Shown one piece after another: positions 59,472 through 64,000 of a stretch of DNA of 64,000 bases (positions are counted from its first letter, which is position 1; every line of letters starts with the position of its first letter). Made by a program: the position numbers and the translations under genes. Below the pieces are notes generated by a model. It was given only the letters and a program-made list of their open reading frames with translations, searched no databases and was not told the DNA's origin. This DNA comes from Macrostomum lignano (lineage: Eukaryota), in assembly GCA_002269645.1 (NCBI GenBank), contig NIVC01001393.1, forward strand, positions 62,001 to 126,000, in the 5' to 3' direction.

Positions 59472-60383
59472 ATGACGGACAGTGCCAGCAACAATTCCGC
59501 TCCTACGCCAACACCTACAACCACGCAAGCCGCACCAAGTTCAGCCGCACCAGTGGTTACAACTGCAGTAGGAAACGCCGCCGACACTGCTACCGTCTCC
59601 CTGGCTCACCTGAAGCTACCAACCTTCTATCGCAACAACCCGGAAGCATGGTTCCTCACCCTGGAGGCCCAGTTTATGCCCAACAGGGTGACCAACGAGA
59701 CTGCCAAATTTTACCACCTAGTCTCTCATCTACCGGAGGATATTGCGGCCCTGCACTTGTCCGCTCAGACTCCGAAACAGTACGAACAACTGAAAACAGC
59801 GATAACATCAACTCTGCAGAAGTCCAAGCAGGAGAAGGTTTCGGAAGTATTGCAAGTCTCGGACCTCGGAGGAGACAAGCCATCGATTTTCATGCGCAAG
59901 CTCCGGAGCAAGATGGAGCAGTGCCAGATACAGCCCGATGAGGAACTCCTCAAGGCCACACTGATGCGCTGTCTACCACAGGACCTTCGTATCGCACTTT
60001 CGGGATTCCAACAGCAGTCATCCCAGCAAATTTCCGAGATTGCTGACTCAATGTTGATCGTCAGAGGCCTTAGCTCTCCATCACCAGCGACAGTTTGCCC
60101 AATTCAGCAGACCAGTGCAGACCGGGCACACCAACAGCGCTTTGAGCAAGCTCCACAGCGACAAGCACCTGCTGGTAAGCCCACTGGAACAGACCCATTT
60201 AAGGCTGGCCAACGCCCCGTTGTTTGCCGCTCACACCTCTACTATGGCCGCCGTGCTCGGTCGTGTCGCCCCTGGTGCCAGTTTCCCAAGGACAGCTCGC
60301 GTCCGATCCGAGTGCTGCATCCCAATGAAAAAACGCCATCTCAGTCGCGTTCATCATCACCTTCTCGACAGCCGGAAAACTAA
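59472..60383 (+). CDS. gag: Gypsy Gag (303 aa)
   Basis: LKLPTF...PEAWF...EAQF and C-terminal CRSHLYYGRRARSCRPWC motifs of gypsy Gag. Confidence 0.9.
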   Translation: MTDSASNNSAPTPTPTTTQAAPSSAAPVVTTAVGNAADTATVSLAHLKLPTFYRNNPEAWFLTLEAQFMPNRVTNETAKFYHLVSHLPEDIAALHLSAQTPKQYEQLKTAITSTLQKSKQEKVSEVLQVSDLGGDKPSIFMRKLRSKMEQCQIQPDEELLKATLMRCLPQDLRIALSGFQQQSSQQISEIADSMLIVRGLSSPSPATVCPIQQTSADRAHQQRFEQAPQRQAPAGKPTGTDPFKAGQRPVVCRSHLYYGRRARSCRPWCQFPKDSSRPIRVLHPNEKTPSQSRSSSPSRQPEN

Positions 60384-60417
60384 GTCGCACTGCGACCGAG
60401 GTCGCGGTGCGCAGTGC
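60374..60417 (+). promoter_or_regulatory. Candidate -1 programmed ribosomal frameshift signal (G_GAA_AAC plus 12-bp GC-rich stem)
   Basis: Heptamer 60374-60380 just before the gag TAA; -1 frame open into the protease; stem 60387-60398 pairs with 60405-60417. Confidence 0.7.
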
Positions 60418-63400
60418 CGAGATTCCATCGACCACCTGTTTGGAGTTAGACGTTAAAATCAACAATACCTACAGCAAGTTTCTTGTGGATACCGGAGCCT
60501 CGGTTTCCATTGTTGCACCTCACCTCGTTAACGCACTCGTTCAAGATACGAACGTTCGTTTAATTACTGCTACCGGAGCCGCCATACCAGTTCGCGGGTC
60601 GGTCCTACTGGATGTCTCAATCCGCGGTTTGCGTCGCGCCTTCCAGTGGACCTTTCTCGTGGCCTCGGTGGTAAAACCCATCATCGGTTACGACTTCTTG
60701 GCTCACCATGGGTTAGTTGTCGACTGTCAGCGCAAACACGTTCGAGACTCAGAAACAAGACTGTCTACTGTTACCTTGTCAATTTCAAATGTTCATTGTG
60801 GCCCGTTCACTGTGTCGCTAGAACTGCCACCCAACCTGGATACTCGGACGAGTACGCTGTTGACAAAGTTTGCAGATTGTTTTTCTTTCGTTGAAGGCGG
60901 AGCCCTTCCGCCAGCTTCAGAGGTCAAGCACGACACTGTTCACCGACTAGACACTGGCAGTGGACAACCGGTTCACTTGCGACCCCGGCAACTGCACCCT
61001 GCAAAACTACAGGCTGCAAAGTAGGAGTTTCAGCATCTAATCGATGCTGGCTACCTCAGACCTTCCTCAAGCGCTTGGGCGTCACCCCTCCACATGGCAC
61101 CCAAGGGAGCTGGCTGGCGTCCGTGCGGTGACTATCGTGAATTGAACAAACGAACAAAGCCGGACAACTATCCGGTTCCACATATTCAAACCTTCACTCG
61201 GTACCTACACGGAGGCACTGTGTTTTCAAAGTTAGATCTTGTTCGTGCCTTTCATCAAATTCCAGTCGCCGAAGAGGATATTTGCAAAACCGCTATCACT
61301 ACACCGTTTGGATTGTTCGAGTACACACGCATGCCCTTTGGCCTAAGGAATGCAGCACAAACATTTCAACGCTTCATCGACTCTGTTTTTCACGGACTTC
61401 CATTCGTCATCTCTTACATCGATGATGTCCTGATATTCTCGAAGACTCGAGAGGACCACTACTCACATTTGGAACAAGTTTTGGACCACCTAAGAACACA
61501 CGGCCTGCAGGTTCATTTGAAGAAGTGCGAGTTCTTTCAGTCCGAGGTAGATTTCCTTGGCCATCGCGTGACTCCTGAAGGAATAAGACCTCTTTAGAAG
61601 AAGATCCAAAAAATCACTGACTGGCCGACACCCACGGATTCGAACGCACTTCGGCGCTTCCTCGGCGTCGTCGGTTTCTACCGCCGATTCGTTCCCAACT
61701 TCGCTGATCGCATCTGTCCGCTGCAGGACCTACTCACTGCATCACTACAGTCAGCAGGAAACTTTCAATGGACAGAGCAGCATCAGAAATCCTTCGAAAA
61801 CATCAAACAAGCTCTCTCAGAGAGACTACTGCTGCATCATCCGAACCCAAGCTGTACTGCGTACCACCTGTACACTGATGCCTCAGCCGACTGTGTTGGT
61901 GCCGTTCTGCATCAAACCTCTCCAACCGGAACGTCACCTCTTGGCATGTTCAGCAAGAAGTTGTCGTCATCTCAAAGGACGTACAGCACGTTCGACAGAG
62001 AACTACTCGCGGCGTACCTGGCAGTGTTGCACTTCCGCAGCCTCATTGAAGGACTGAGCATGACCTTGTTCACCGATCATAAACCACTAGCTCAGGCCTT
62101 CCACGCCAATCGCACCACTACATCAGATTGCAATCAGCGCTACTTGACCGTCTTGTCCGAGTACGTGGCAGATGTCCAATACATTCGCGGTGCAGACAAC
62201 GTAATAGCTGATGCTCTTTCTCGACTGCCTGACTTCCCAGTGAATGATCACGTGTCCAACATCGCAACAGCCACTGCAGTCGCTGCCCCATCAAGCCAAT
62301 TCCCTGTTGACCTTCCCAGTATCGCTGAAGCACAACGACCGAAGTCGTTCTCACCTGCACCAAATATCCGATCGTATTCTCAGGACAAAGACGTCGTCGT
62401 TTGGTGTGAGACGTCAACGCCGTATCCTCGTCCGATCATTCCGCCGTCTCTCCGCGACGCCGTGATTGCTTCCTTCCATCGACTTGGTCATTTCGGCTAC
62501 CGTAAAACAGCAAAACTCATCACAGAACGCTACTTTTGGCCCGGAATGCGCAAGTCCATCAAGACCTACTGCTGGAACTGCCAGGACTGCCAACGGAGTA
62601 AAGTCACTCGCCACACTGTCTCCCCGCAACAGGCCTTCGCACTACCATCAAATCGCTTTGAGGTGGTACACATCGATATTGAGGGACCACTTCCACCAGC
62701 TAATGCCACCACCTTTTTTTTGGCCACCAGTCTGCCCGCTACCTTCTCACGATGGTCGACCGCTCGACTGGCTGGCTAGAAGCTACTCTACTGCAATCAA
62801 TAACCGCGGAAGTAGTCGCCCATGCATTCGTCTCGTCCTGGGTCTCGTGCTACGGAGTGCCACTGTATGTAATCACTGATAGGGGACGCCAGTTCGAATC
62901 AGAATTCTTTCTCTCGGTCTCGTCATCAATTGGTTTTCATCGATTACGCACAACGGCGTACCACCCTCAAACCAATGGCAAGGTCGAGCGAGCCCATCGC
63001 ACCCTGAAGACGATGCTACGCGCTCGAGGCAATGACTGGCTGACAGACCTACCTGTAGCTCTTCTCGCGATGCACGTTGCACCTGACGACCAAGGAGTAT
63101 CACCGTTCACCAGGGTTACAGGAGAGCTTCCGATGGTTCCGCGCGTTCTAACTTCCGAACCACTCGCCCCAACGGACATCCGGACACGGCTGCAGGAACT
63201 GCTGACAGAGCTACCGAATCCACACGCGACGACGCATGAACCACGGAGCTACATACCCAAGGACCTGAAAATGGCTGAATTCGTCTGGTTTCGAGTCGAT
63301 CGCGTGCGGTCGCCGCTCGAGGCGCCGTACTCAGGACCGTATCGCGTTAAACAGCGAACCGACAAGTTCTTCGTTATTTTCCTACCGTCAGGCAACACCG

Positions 63401-63591
63401 AGTCTGTCTCTATCGATCGCCTCAAGCCGGCGCGACTGTCGTCTCCAAAGCCTGCTGTTAAGCCGGCCGCGAACACGCTGCCGGAAAAAGCCGCCAAACC
63501 AGAGGAAACGGTGGACTCATCACCTCCTAGAGCGACCTATAGCGGGCGCCGAGTCCAGTTCCGACGCCATAATGATTACATTTATTATTAA
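60377..63591 (+). pseudogene. pol: Gypsy Pol (protease DTG, RT YIDD, RNase H TDAS, integrase HHCC and DDE) with TAG stops at 61022 and 61595 and a frameshift near 62700-62735
   Basis: ORFs 60407..61024, 61094..61597 and 61946..62779 share one frame and are separated by single TAGs; 62752..63591 continues the integrase in another frame. Confidence 0.92.
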
Positions 63592-63779
63592 CCTTCTAAT
63601 ATGTAATGTTTACTGACCATTCTTCGCACTATTCTCAATATTTCTAAATATTCGACCTCTCGTAAACCATTTTTTTATTGCATTCCCACCACTTCGTTTT
63701 GATCGTTGAGCCATCCCACCATCTTTGACTTCAGTTACAGTATCTTTTCCCCGTGCTCCGCATTTGGAGGGGGGAGTCA

Positions 63780-63945
63780 TATAGATATTTTGTTGTACTT
63801 TTATTTGCGGCTTGGTTTGCCATGATTTTACCATAGATTAATTTCCTTTTACAGTTCTTTCTCGCAGTTAAGTTTCTCGCCCCAAACCTTTCATCTTTTA
63901 ACTCATAAAATATATTTTTTCAAGTTTACTTGTAGTTTCACTACA
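63780..63945 (+). repeat. 3' LTR (166 bp, TATAG...CTACA)
   Basis: Follows the polypurine tract at about 63766-63776; followed by the GGGG TSD. Confidence 0.95.
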
Positions 63946-64000
63946 GGGGATATGCAAGGCGCATATGTAAGCATAGAAATACATATTGAACAGCATTTAC

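Larger units (their letters stand above)
59237..63945 (+). mobile_element. Full-length Ty3/gypsy LTR retrotransposon (4709 bp), probably intronic in the nAChR gene
   Basis: Near-identical LTRs, 4-bp GGGG TSD, TGG after the 5' LTR, PPT GGAGGGGGGAG, order gag-PR-RT-RH-IN. Confidence 0.96.

Overview
Eukaryotic (animal) genomic DNA with GC-rich, low-complexity-rich exons and introns packed with minisatellites. That style suggests a free-living flatworm such as Macrostomum, but this is inference only. Three host genes can be built by hand from GT-AG junctions with consistent phases. (1) A minus-strand WNK-family kinase (ATG 23759, about 9 coding exons, about 1249 aa if it ends in the RFTV-containing exon at 7906-7815). 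It has the WNK-type glycine-loop lysine but DFG in place of the WNK chloride-sensing DLG. (2) A two-exon plus-strand type I membrane protein (45804-48212, 609 aa) with signal peptide, CUB-like and LDLa-like ectodomain, one TM helix and a Tyr-motif-rich tail. (3) About 2.4 kb downstream on the same strand, a nicotinic acetylcholine receptor alpha-type subunit (six exons, 50598-57919, through M2; M3/M4 not found in the window). Mobile DNA includes a frameshifted piggyBac-like element (about 27302-29668), a full-length Ty3/gypsy LTR element (59237-63945) with 165/166-bp LTRs that begin TA rather than TG and a candidate -1 frameshift signal, two tRNA-Met-derived CORE-type SINEs, and an unclassified hairpin-bearing dispersed repeat (4 copies). 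About 30 tandem arrays explain most long ORFs in the supplied track. Best leads: the DFG-type WNK with possibly switchable RFxV terminal exons, and the CUB/LDLa receptor gene sitting beside an nAChR gene (LEV-10/NETO-like architecture).
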